Shown here piece after piece: positions 1-7,796 of a stretch of DNA of 21,794 nt. The position numbers and the translations under genes were made by a program. The number at the start of each line of letters is the position of its first letter. Within the stretch, counting starts at the first letter, position 1. Origin of the DNA: a virus (taxonomy: Duplodnaviria > Heunggongvirae > Uroviricota > Caudoviricetes). Location: positions 1 through 21,794 of the IMG/VR virus record IMGVR_UViG_2737471841_000006. One strand, given 5' to 3'. The notes under the pieces were generated by a model. The model was not told where the DNA came from and ran no database searches. It saw only the letters and a program-made list of their open reading frames with translations.

Positions 1-1236
1 CTACGATAACCGCGCATTCAACATGGCTACCTGTTCGTCGTTCATGTCATCAATCCACATACCGTAAATTTCATACACCATCTGCGCAGTTTCATGCCCC
101 ATCTGGCTGGCTATAAACGCCGGGTTCGCTCCTGCCGTCAACAGCCAGCAGGCAAAAGTATGCCGCGTATGGTACGGATTACGGCGGCGAATACCAGCAC
201 GTTTTACTGCTGCATTCCATCTCGCACCCAAACTGCTTACCGAGTAATAAGGTTTCTGTTTTCCGTTACACACTCTGGGCATGAAAACAAAATGCAGTTT
301 TTGCTTTTCGGTTCTGCCGTACTCCCGATGGTAAAAAGTGATTTCGCCTTTGCGATGATGCCCGGTCAGTTTGTATTGCTCCTTCAGTGCTTCAAGAGCA
401 GGCTGCAGTAGCGTTACTGTCCGGATCCCGGCATTTGTTTTTGGGGGACCGAACATATCAAGTATCGTCAGGTTTCTTCTGACATTCACTATTCCCTTCT
501 CGAGATCCACATCCTCCCACGCCAGAGCTGCCAGTTCCCCGTGACGAAGTCCTGAGTAAACGGCAAATTTCCACAAGTTCTGGCTCTGTCCTTTTTCACT
601 TTCCATTAATGCATTGAATTCTGTTTTAGATAACGGATCAGGCTTTATTCTGTTTCGCTGTAATTTTTTTACTCCTTCAAATGGTTTGGTTGATATAAAT
701 CCCGACTGATACGCAAAACGTAACAGCGAACAGAGCAGGGCGATATAGTTATCAACTGTGCGCACGGTTCTTCCTTTTTTGTTGGATCTTGGATTATCCA
801 GGTAAAGCGTTTCTCCATGCAGCAGTTCATTCCGGTAGTTTAGGATATCGCTATAACGAATATGTGATATCGGGGTACTTTCACAAATTATTATTCTGAG
901 TGTTTTTAATTGTGATTTCGTTTTCTTCATTGTATTTGTTGTTAACTCTGTCTCTTTAATTTTTGTCCAGATATCACAAAGCTCCCCGAACGTTTTTATG
1001 ACTCTCGTTGTCACCATTTTTGCCCCAGTGCTGGACTGGGGAAAACGTCTTAAATACTCAAATTCACCGGAGTTTATTTCATGAACTATCAGCGCTCTTA
1101 AATTTCCGGCCTTTTTAATATTACTGTTTGTAATCTCCCAGCCTTTTAATGTTTCCCGACATCGTTTTCCTCGAAACATGAACCAGATGCGAATGTTTCT
1201 ACCTCTAATCTCGACACCTGTTGGTAATTTAGACAT
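1..1236 (-). CDS. intR: Tyrosine-type site-specific integrase (Rac prophage IntR-like), complete 411 aa
   Basis: 411-aa minus-strand ORF with ATG at 1236..1234 and TAG stop at 3..1 (window begins on the stop). C-terminal region has the tyrosine-recombinase signature (..HTRHTFACWLLTAGANPAFIASQMGHETAQMVYEIYGMW..). Matches my recollection of K-12 IntR in length and sequence. Confidence 0.92.
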   Translation of the reverse strand: MSKLPTGVEIRGRNIRIWFMFRGKRCRETLKGWEITNSNIKKAGNLRALIVHEINSGEFEYLRRFPQSSTGAKMVTTRVIKTFGELCDIWTKIKETELTTNTMKKTKSQLKTLRIIICESTPISHIRYSDILNYRNELLHGETLYLDNPRSNKKGRTVRTVDNYIALLCSLLRFAYQSGFISTKPFEGVKKLQRNRIKPDPLSKTEFNALMESEKGQSQNLWKFAVYSGLRHGELAALAWEDVDLEKGIVNVRRNLTILDMFGPPKTNAGIRTVTLLQPALEALKEQYKLTGHHRKGEITFYHREYGRTEKQKLHFVFMPRVCNGKQKPYYSVSSLGARWNAAVKRAGIRRRNPYHTRHTFACWLLTAGANPAFIASQMGHETAQMVYEIYGMWIDDMNDEQVAMLNARLS

Positions 1237-1237
1237 A

Positions 1238-1453
1238 TCATGAGTCTTTGATAAACTGATTTATCTTTGGATAGTTGTACCAGATAATCCCTCGTTTGCT
1301 GTCTGGCTTACCTAAAGGAGATACTCGTTTGAAGTGGAAGCCCTCCACCCAACAGTTCTGGCGGTATGCTTCAATTTGTCTGGCCCCCAGACCAGTGCGA
1401 AGCATCAGGCCGTATTCAACCATCCACTCTTCATTAAAGATTACTTGTGCCAT
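1238..1453 (-). CDS. ydaQ: Excisionase-like small DNA-binding protein (Rac xis / YdaQ-like), about 71 aa
   Basis: Small ORF immediately upstream of int on the same strand; its TGA stop (1240..1238) sits one nt from the int ATG. Start chosen at [10 protein letters not shown] (ATG 1453..1451); the track ORF extends to 1477 as an alternative start. Confidence 0.7.
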   Translation of the reverse strand: MAQVIFNEEWMVEYGLMLRTGLGARQIEAYRQNCWVEGFHFKRVSPLGKPDSKRGIIWYNYPKINQFIKDS

Positions 1454-1552
1454 CGCATCACCTCTGGCAGGCGCCAATGTTAGACTGAAATTGACGCCTG
1501 ATGTTGATTATTAATAATCAGCTATGAAGTTTTAATTTGAATACAATGCAAT

Positions 1553-1741
1553 TCACGAGGACTGAAGTTTCTCGCAATTAAAATTTATCAGTTTTACTTT
1601 CTGCTCTCTGGAAACGCCTGCTTCTTTTTTACCTGAGAGCATTTTTTCGCATTCTGATTTCGTTAGTTTAGATTTTGAATATCTTGTCCAGTTAGTAGGA
1701 GTGCCACCTTCCTTTTCAATTGTAGCGGTAATTTTATACAT
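1553..1741 (-). CDS. ydaC: Rac prophage YdaC-like small protein
   Basis: Minus-strand ORF downstream of ralR. Start placed at ATG 1741..1739 (MYKITATIEKEGG..) because a GGAGG Shine-Dalgarno lies 7 nt upstream inside the last ralR codons. Alternative starts at 1753 or 1813. Confidence 0.5.
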   Translation of the reverse strand: MYKITATIEKEGGTPTNWTRYSKSKLTKSECEKMLSGKKEAGVSREQKVKLINFNCEKLQSS

Positions 1742-1940
1742 GAACGCCTCCATTAATATTTTCAGTGGTTCGTTTATTCCATCTTTCGAGCGCTTCTTTT
1801 TCACTTCCACCATAGCCAGTTCGGGATTCGCATCCGTTGCATTTTGCCCGGTAATATCCTGAAATGTCTTTCACCGTTACTGATGGACAACCACAAAACG
1901 GACATGGTTTAACATCGTCATATCTCAAAGTTTTTGTCAT
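1734..1940 (-). CDS. ralR: Restriction alleviation protein RalR/Lar, about 68 aa, with CPFCG..CNGC zinc-ribbon-like motif
   Basis: ORF MTKTLRYDDVKPCPFCGCPSVTVKDISGYYRAKCNGCESRTGYGGSEKEALERWNKRT.. matches the K-12 Rac RalR/Lar sequence as I recall it. ATG at 1940..1938; sits between recT and ydaC as in Rac. Confidence 0.75.
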   Translation of the reverse strand: MTKTLRYDDVKPCPFCGCPSVTVKDISGYYRAKCNGCESRTGYGGSEKEALERWNKRTTENINGGVHV

Positions 1941-1984
1941 AAAAACTATCTCACGTTGGCGGTGCATTACACCGCCAGGCTGGA

Positions 1985-2818
1985 TTATTCTTCTGGATTA
2001 TCGATTACACTGTATTCCCCGGCTATAACCGATATGTCGTCTGGATTAATTGTTTCCACCTCTTTTCCATCCATCGATACTGCACGCTGGATTTCAATAG
2101 ATACCGGCAGATACTTGAACAGTTTTCGTATCACTGTCTTTTTGGCCATGTCTTCAAAGTGTTCATCCCAGATGGACGACGCCCCTTTTGACGCTGCGTT
2201 TTTTGCCGCCTTGCTGTGTGTGTCGCGAACTTTTTCTACTTGTTTGCTGGTCATGACTTCAAACTGCACTCCTCCGTCTTTCAGTTTTGCAACAGCATAG
2301 ACATGGGTTATAGGGGCATCTTCGTTTTCACCGGGACGATGAACCAGTTTTTCATCAAGGCCAAGTTCATAGCTGAATTCATCACATTCACGGACAACAC
2401 GAGCTGACAGACTGATGATTTGACCTGATCGACGGGCAAGGTCGATCATGCCGCGATAACCGATGATCAGCTGTACGTTCTTCTTACCGTTTTTTGCTTT
2501 TCCGTTGCCGAACGGTAGCAGATATGCATGACCGAGGGCGCTACCTGGCTCAAGTCCGAGCTGTGAACACTGTACGATGGCACCGATAAAACTCGTCGAG
2601 TCACAGTTTCTTAGTTCCGGTACTTTACGGATTTCTGTTGTAGCAATGCGGATCATGCGTTCCGCTGTCATGTGACGTGGCAGAGCTGCTGCCAGTTGCG
2701 CTTTCATTGCCGGGCTGTTAATCACGCACAGCACATCCTTATCGTTAACTGCTGCTGGTGCACGGTTTCCCTGAGTTTTTTGCAGATCGGCTTTTGCGAT
2801 AGGTGGTTGCTTAGTCAT
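1985..2818 (-). CDS. recT: Recombinase RecT (single-strand annealing protein)
   Basis: ORF beginning [24 protein letters not shown].. and ending ..[11 protein letters not shown], recognisable as RecT. ATG 2818..2816 overlaps the recE stop (2813..2811) by 8 nt, the classic recE/recT coupling. Track ORF extends to 2875. Confidence 0.93.
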   Translation of the reverse strand: MTKQPPIAKADLQKTQGNRAPAAVNDKDVLCVINSPAMKAQLAAALPRHMTAERMIRIATTEIRKVPELRNCDSTSFIGAIVQCSQLGLEPGSALGHAYLLPFGNGKAKNGKKNVQLIIGYRGMIDLARRSGQIISLSARVVRECDEFSYELGLDEKLVHRPGENEDAPITHVYAVAKLKDGGVQFEVMTSKQVEKVRDTHSKAAKNAASKGASSIWDEHFEDMAKKTVIRKLFKYLPVSIEIQRAVSMDGKEVETINPDDISVIAGEYSVIDNPEE

Positions 2819-5462
2819 TTGCATACTCCTTAGCCCAGCGGGGCAGTGATAACGTCTTAATAGCTGGCCATTCATCGGTATTTAGGCAGTCAGCCAGGGT
2901 CCGCAGATTGCGGTGATATTCCTGCTGGCCTGCCAGTTTTGCTTCTTCGCCCATCATGAAAATCTCAACCGGATAACGTCCGCATTCAACAGTTGTGCTG
3001 GCAACCAGAAAAACGAAAGTTGGCTGCACACCAAACTGTGCTTCATAACCGTCACTGTAGAATGCATCCTGAACGTGATAGCGGTAGTCGTAATAAGCCA
3101 TTTTGAATCGTTGAATATCCGCTGTGGTTTTCACGTCCATGATCCAGTGAAATTCAGGAATAATTTTGTCCGGACGGCACCGACACAAAATTCCTGTTTC
3201 CGGATCTTCCCAGTAAATTGATGATTCAGCGTGTCCGGCGCTTTCAACAAGCCATTGCCCCAGCGGCAAAGCCATAACGCTTTGATACATGAGTTCAATT
3301 TTCCGGCCTTCTTCCGCAGTGATAACCGTTTTTCCTGTGCTTGCGCATTCCATCAGAAACGCTTTCTCTTCTTCTTTTCCGGCGTTTGTACGGCGGTTAA
3401 ATTCAGGTGCTACGATAAAGCGGTTACTGAATTCTTCCGGTTCAAGTACCCGGCAGTGGAAAGCGGTTCCTAAATCGAGCGTTTTTGTCTTTGTAGTGTC
3501 CACGGGGGCATTTTTACGCCACAAATACAGTGCCGGAGTATCAGCAATGTCATCGAGCTGAGACTTACTGACACCGGGACCCGCGTGGTAATTCTCATTC
3601 GAAATTCCGTAATAAATACCTGGCTCTATGTCTTCTACGATTACGGGATCTGCGACTTCGCCAGTTTCATCACTGCAATCGCGATGCGGATCGCTGCCAG
3701 CATTCTCATTGTGCGGATGTTCAGCGCCTTCCATTTCCTCCGGATCTTTTTCCTTAGCTTCAACCTGATTCTCTTCACCGAATGTTTCCTGGTATGTTGC
3801 GTCGCCCATCACCGCACCACAGTCAGGGCAGTTATCCCCGCCAGTCTGACCGCAGGCATTGCAGACTATTTCCGGTTCCTGTTGCACTACTGGCTCAGGT
3901 TGTTTCGCATCCGGGCTGATTTTTTCCGTTTCTGGCTGGTTCTGGTACACAGAATCGCGAGTCTGGATCCCCTTAACCCATTTCGGATCGTTCGGGTCGC
4001 TAATTCCGTCAACAAATTCACCACGTGATGCAGCAAGCAATTTATCGGCATCGACAGGATTTTTTGATGGAATGTTTTTCCGGGCTTCATGGAGTTCTGC
4101 CCGCAGTTCCTGATATTTCGCATCAACAGAATTTACCTGTGACTGAGCATCCAGCGGCTGCGTGTTCTGATGATGTTCAGTTGCATTCGGTTCCACTGTT
4201 TCAGCCGTTGCCTGTTCATCTGCCATTGCGCCAGATGGTTGTGGCTTTTCTTCATCGTCCTGTTTTCCTTCTTCTGTTACTCGCTGCGGCATCGGGGCCG
4301 AGGAGCGACCGCAGGCAATATCCACGATTTCCGGATCAGGGTTGGCATGATCGATTTCAGTCAGTACTTTGTTCAGATATTCAGTGACGTGTGCGGGGAT
4401 GACCTCGATCCCAATTGGTGCTTCTTTCACGGACGCAACCACGATGGCGCGGGAATAATCCAGCCCGCCAGGCATGGTGATGAATTTGTCGCGGAAAACA
4501 GAAAAGGGTGGTTTATTTTCAGCGATAATTTCCTCAATGCGTTTAGCGTGTGCCGGATGAAGGTTATAGATGTCCACGTCCATTGAACGGGCCAGTACGC
4601 CAGTGGCTACATCGCGCGCCAGTGACGTCAGATCGTGGACGAAACCTTCGCCGCGATCGGTGAGGTTCCCGCCGCCAGCATTAGCACCGGAAGCCGTGCG
4701 AGTGATGCGTGAAACACGATTCCCTTTTCGCCATTCTTTTGTCAGAAGACCGCGATCAATGTGTTCGGTATCCAGCCAGGCTGAAATGAAATTCTTAAAT
4801 TCATAGGGCTGATGTTTTTTCGTGATAGAGAACACTGCCTTAATTGCATCAGTCAGGCGGAGCAGGGCGGCATTATCCAGAGTTGTCGGTTCTGCCATGC
4901 TGCGTATGGCCAACAGCAGATTCTGGACATAGCTGTTTTCCTGATCCATCTCAAGAGCAGTAATGTGTTTGCGTTGTTCACGGGTGGCATGGTGCAGGTA
5001 TTTTCGATCCCCGGCTGCATACGTAAAAATGTGCAGAAGACGCTGCGTAAACCGCAAAGTGGCTACAGAGACTTCGCAATCCGGGCAATCCCCGTGAGCG
5101 CCTGCCAGTGTGTTTTCTTCCTGCCCTCCCGTCAGTTCTTCGGTTTCCTGGGCATTCTCCTGATGGTGAGCGTCGTCTGGTGCTGCTCCCGGTTTTAGTT
5201 CCCATGTCATGGAGTCTTTGCTGAGTTGATAGCGTTCACTCCAGGTAAAATCGATCTCACCTTCAGGGGGCAGGTCATTAACGACAGGAAAATTAGTGGC
5301 AACAGCTTTAAAATAGCTGCTCAGTTTTTTACCTGATTTGACGATCAGGTAGTCCAGAGTGGCGCAGGTCGATTCAAAATCGTCGCTTGCCCACAGGACG
5401 ACGTCAGGTTCACCGGATGATTTTTTCGCTTTCCGTAACAGGAAGAGTGGTTTTGCGCTCAT
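2811..5462 (-). CDS. recE: Exodeoxyribonuclease VIII (RecE), 883 aa
   Basis: Large minus-strand ORF; N-terminus [26 protein letters not shown].. and C-terminus ..[31 protein letters not shown] match RecE as I recall it. Central region appears divergent (mosaic) relative to my memory of the K-12 protein. Confidence 0.93.
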   Translation of the reverse strand: MSAKPLFLLRKAKKSSGEPDVVLWASDDFESTCATLDYLIVKSGKKLSSYFKAVATNFPVVNDLPPEGEIDFTWSERYQLSKDSMTWELKPGAAPDDAHHQENAQETEELTGGQEENTLAGAHGDCPDCEVSVATLRFTQRLLHIFTYAAGDRKYLHHATREQRKHITALEMDQENSYVQNLLLAIRSMAEPTTLDNAALLRLTDAIKAVFSITKKHQPYEFKNFISAWLDTEHIDRGLLTKEWRKGNRVSRITRTASGANAGGGNLTDRGEGFVHDLTSLARDVATGVLARSMDVDIYNLHPAHAKRIEEIIAENKPPFSVFRDKFITMPGGLDYSRAIVVASVKEAPIGIEVIPAHVTEYLNKVLTEIDHANPDPEIVDIACGRSSAPMPQRVTEEGKQDDEEKPQPSGAMADEQATAETVEPNATEHHQNTQPLDAQSQVNSVDAKYQELRAELHEARKNIPSKNPVDADKLLAASRGEFVDGISDPNDPKWVKGIQTRDSVYQNQPETEKISPDAKQPEPVVQQEPEIVCNACGQTGGDNCPDCGAVMGDATYQETFGEENQVEAKEKDPEEMEGAEHPHNENAGSDPHRDCSDETGEVADPVIVEDIEPGIYYGISNENYHAGPGVSKSQLDDIADTPALYLWRKNAPVDTTKTKTLDLGTAFHCRVLEPEEFSNRFIVAPEFNRRTNAGKEEEKAFLMECASTGKTVITAEEGRKIELMYQSVMALPLGQWLVESAGHAESSIYWEDPETGILCRCRPDKIIPEFHWIMDVKTTADIQRFKMAYYDYRYHVQDAFYSDGYEAQFGVQPTFVFLVASTTVECGRYPVEIFMMGEEAKLAGQQEYHRNLRTLADCLNTDEWPAIKTLSLPRWAKEYAND

Positions 5463-5563
5463 TGTTTTTTAACCTCAACTCAGATTAAAATTCGTTTTGT
5501 TCAGTGAATGATCTTGCCGGATACACACTGTTCATAGCCTGCGCCATACGCAGGCTATTTCTT

Positions 5564-5839
5564 TCAGATTTCACCTTTTAATTTCATTGCAATCAGCGTT
5601 GCCAGAAATGCGGCTTTTTTTTCTGCGGGCAGATTCTTACCAATGTGCACCAGACTCATTTTTTTGACACCTTCGTTAAGTGTTTTAACGTTGCCTGATG
5701 GACCATCGATATCAACCACAGTGAATGGGGTTTCTTTATTTTGTGTTTTAATCACGTGGCCAATGCGTTTTCCTTCCAGATAAACCTCGTGAACAATGTT
5801 ATCAGTAGTAACAACAGTGGATTCATAATTGGCAATCAT
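5564..5839 (-). CDS. racC: Rac prophage RacC-like protein, 91 aa
   Basis: ORF MIANYESTVVTTDNIVHEVYLEGKRIGHVIKTQNKETPF.. with AAGGAG Shine-Dalgarno 6 nt upstream of ATG 5839..5837. Track ORF extends to 5887. Confidence 0.75.
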   Translation of the reverse strand: MIANYESTVVTTDNIVHEVYLEGKRIGHVIKTQNKETPFTVVDIDGPSGNVKTLNEGVKKMSLVHIGKNLPAEKKAAFLATLIAMKLKGEI

Positions 5840-5913
5840 GTTTTTCTCCTTAATTAAGGTTGAGCGAATCCCTGCCATTGTTGGCATAAATTCAGTTTCG
5901 AGTAGTCAGTTAA

Positions 5914-6084
5914 TTAAAGTTCGTGTGCCATCTGGTGTTTTTCGGCGCAACTTTCACTACAATATTTTTTCATTTCCGTCGTTGGGATAACTCCACGCAT
6001 GAAATGAAGTGGTATTTTAATACTTTTGCTTTCTTGAATTTCTTTATTGCAAAGGTGGTAAGCACATTTGATTTTCTTAGCCAT
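5914..6084 (-). CDS. ydaE: Small Cys-rich (zinc-binding-like) protein YdaE-like, 56 aa; not in the supplied ORF track (<60 aa)
   Basis: Hand translation of the minus strand from ATG 6084..6082 gives [58 protein letters not shown], with TAA at 5916..5914. The ATG overlaps the kilR TGA (TGATG). Position between kilR and racC matches Rac gene order. Confidence 0.65.
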   Translation of the reverse strand: MAKKIKCAYHLCNKEIQESKSIKIPLHFMRGVIPTTEMKKYCSESCAEKHQMAHEL

Positions 6085-6305
6085 CACCATGATTCCGCTT
6101 TTACAGGTAAACCATCACGACCGAGGAAGACTTTAATCATGCAGTCAGAAATGCATGTTTTTGTAGTCAGGCTACGAATATAAAGTTTTCGCTTTTTAAT
6201 ATTGTTTGCCGAGGCGATATATGTCCGACCTTCATGAAGAACATAATCGCCAGGGGTTACACACTGACGTGGTATTTCATCAGTTCCGAAGTGATGAGCA
6301 ATCAT
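6084..6305 (-). CDS. kilR: Killing protein KilR (FtsZ-targeting cell division inhibitor), 73 aa
   Basis: [76 protein letters not shown] matches K-12 KilR as I recall it. GGAG lies 6 nt upstream of ATG 6305..6303. Two further in-frame ATGs at 6311 and 6317. Confidence 0.8.
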   Translation of the reverse strand: MIAHHFGTDEIPRQCVTPGDYVLHEGRTYIASANNIKKRKLYIRSLTTKTCISDCMIKVFLGRDGLPVKAESW

Positions 6306-6744
6306 AATCATCTCCATTTTTTCAAATGAACTTTGTTGATGCGGTGCCTAGTGCCTCCAGGTGATGTTAACCAGTTAACAATTAACACCGGATACAAATA
6401 CCCCCCCAAACTAATATAGAGTTTTTTAACTGTTCCGCGTGCGCTTAGCCGCATTCACCGCATCACAAAATTCACTTTAAAAAGGGCGGACATCAGTCGA
6501 ACTTCAAGAAAAAACCGATGCCGCCAAAGACTACACACAGCAATGTCGTTATTCACAACCGGAGGCGCACTCCCACCATTTATATTTAACAGACAAGACC
6601 GACTCTTTATTGATACCGGAAATGCGCCTTCGTGTTGTGCCCGGTTTTATTTCACCACCTCCGGGCTTCGGTGGTCTCGGCTATACCCCTACAGCGAGAG
6701 CTTGTGTTAACATTTCAATACCCTTACAGTCGAGAGTTATTGAA

Positions 6745-7234
6745 ATGTTGGATGTATTTACTCCATTGTTGAAACTTTTTGCTAAAGAGCCACATCGAAA
6801 GACTTATGTACACGATTATCATTTTTGGCCTCACTCTCTGGCTGATACCGAAAGAGTTTGCTGTCGTATTTAATGCTTATACTGAAATAACCTGGCTCTT
6901 TCAGATTATAGTTTTTGCCTTTTCTTTCGTGGTTGCCATTTCCTTCTCAAGATTGCGAGCACATATTCAAAAACATTATTCATTGCTACCAGAGCAACGA
7001 GTATTGCTTCGTTTATCTGAGAAAGAAATCGCTGTATTTAAAGATTTCCTTAAAACAGGAAATCTTATTATCACTTCTCCTTGCCGTAACCCGGTTATGA
7101 AAAAATTAGAACGGAAGGGCATCATTCAACATCAGAGTGATGGCGCAAACTGTTCTTATTATCTCGTCACCGAAAAATACTCCCACTTTATGAAGTTATT
7201 CTGGAACAGTAGGAGCAGACGTTTTAATCGTTAG
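6745..7234 (+). pseudogene. sieB: Superinfection exclusion protein B (sieB), reading frame broken by an apparent 1-nt insertion near 6792-6796
   Basis: MLDVFTPLLKLFAKEP (frame of ATG 6745) switches frame and continues as ..IERLMYTIIIFGLTLWLIPKEF..SRSRRFNR in the 6779..7234 ORF. 16 + 1 + 145 residues gives 162 aa, the intact SieB length. First in-frame ATG after the shift is at 6806. Confidence 0.6.
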
Positions 7235-7386
7235 CTTACTGTGTACTTCTCCAACCAGCGACGCGCGCCAACTTCGGTTTTAAACGTTTTGCTTTTGGTA
7301 TACGTCATGGCGGTGAACGTTCCATCCTGGTTGGGGAACACGCCACACACCAGGGATTCGTTGTTGCTAAGATCGATAGTATCCAT
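7231..7386 (-). CDS. ydaF: Rac prophage small protein YdaF-like, 51 aa
   Basis: ORF MDTIDLSNNESLVCGVFPNQDGTFTAMTYTKSKTFKTEVGARRWLEKYTVS from ATG 7386..7384, with AAGGGA upstream. TAA stop at 7233..7231 overlaps the sieB TAG (7232..7234) on the opposite strand. Confidence 0.65.
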   Translation of the reverse strand: MDTIDLSNNESLVCGVFPNQDGTFTAMTYTKSKTFKTEVGARRWLEKYTVS

Positions 7387-7517
7387 GTTGACCTCATTTT
7401 CCCTTAACGCTGGGGGAATTGGCTTCATAGTTGCTCCGTATCGTGGAGCCTACGACCTGCTTTTAACCACATCAGGTGAGGTGATATCCTTACAAATGGT
7501 AATTTGCTGTAAGGATA

Positions 7518-7796
7518 TTAATTATGGATATTAAATTTCGCTGTCCTCATTGCCGATCTCGCTACATTGAGATCGACGAGCACTCTGGCTCTGACAATGA
7601 TCGTTTTATCTGCGGTGATTGTTTTGCGGAAATCAAAGATTCTGATTTCAGTGAACACTTTAATAAAACAATCAATAAAATCATCCGGACAGTTAAAAAC
7701 CGCAGGAACAAGTAGTTTGTATAACTTCTCAATCTGATGTCTCAGGGGGCTGGTATCTATTTTTAACACCAGTCCCTGCTTTTCATCTGCGATCAT
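7518..7796 (-). CDS. ydaG: YdaG-like protein, 92 aa here; first gene of the putative leftward early operon
   Basis: ORF MIADEKQGLVLKIDTSPLRHQIEKLYKLLVPAVFNCPDDFIDCF.. with TAAGGGA 7 nt upstream of ATG 7796..7794. Lies directly downstream of the PL-like promoter and operator repeats. A plus-strand ORF fully overlaps it (see findings), so the true coding strand is uncertain. Confidence 0.45.
   Translation of the reverse strand: MIADEKQGLVLKIDTSPLRHQIEKLYKLLVPAVFNCPDDFIDCFIKVFTEIRIFDFRKTITADKTIIVRARVLVDLNVARSAMRTAKFNIHN
7524..7715 (+). CDS. Candidate 63-aa zinc-ribbon mini-protein antisense to the ydaG-like ORF
   Basis: ORF MDIKFRCPHCRSRYIEIDEHSGSDNDRFICGDCFAEIKDSDFSEHFNKTINKIIRTVKNRRNK. Has a CxxC-x17-CxxC arrangement, a basic C-terminal tail, and AAGGA Shine-Dalgarno 8 nt upstream of the ATG. 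Called on sequence features only. Confidence 0.35.
   Translation: MDIKFRCPHCRSRYIEIDEHSGSDNDRFICGDCFAEIKDSDFSEHFNKTINKIIRTVKNRRNK

Noticed and set aside
94-411. 105-aa plus-strand ORF inside the integrase gene
   Set aside because: Entirely antisense to a well-supported integrase ORF; no Shine-Dalgarno or family features. Treated as a spurious overlapping frame.
1275-1514. 79-aa plus-strand ORF antisense to the excisionase-like gene
   Set aside because: Overlaps xis on the opposite strand in a compact operon; no recognisable features.
1956-2407. Plus-strand ORFs (114 aa, 63 aa) inside recT
   Set aside because: Antisense to recT, which is confidently identified; typical shadow ORFs.
2913-5205. 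Multiple plus-strand ORFs (78-147 aa) and a 75-aa alternative minus frame inside recE
   Set aside because: All lie within the 883-aa recE ORF; low-complexity or odd composition, consistent with shadow frames of a long gene.
5533-5557. racC-recE hairpin considered as an intrinsic terminator of the leftward operon
   Set aside because: On the leftward (minus-strand) RNA the hairpin is not followed by a U-tract; the T-run is on the plus strand, where there is no upstream gene. Kept only as a candidate regulatory structure, not a terminator.
5923-6183. 86-aa plus-strand ORF across ydaE and the kilR 3' end
   Set aside because: Antisense to two small genes whose products match known Rac proteins; no independent support.
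6610-6744. Upstream extension of the sieB frame (MIPEMRLRVVPGF..) given by the track
   Set aside because: The SieB-like sequence begins at MLDVF (ATG 6745); the upstream extension has no Shine-Dalgarno and crosses the inverted repeat and direct repeats, so it is most likely non-coding leader.
7241-7534. 97-aa plus-strand ORF antisense to ydaF
   Set aside because: Antisense to ydaF and spans the ydaF-ydaG intergenic region; no family features.
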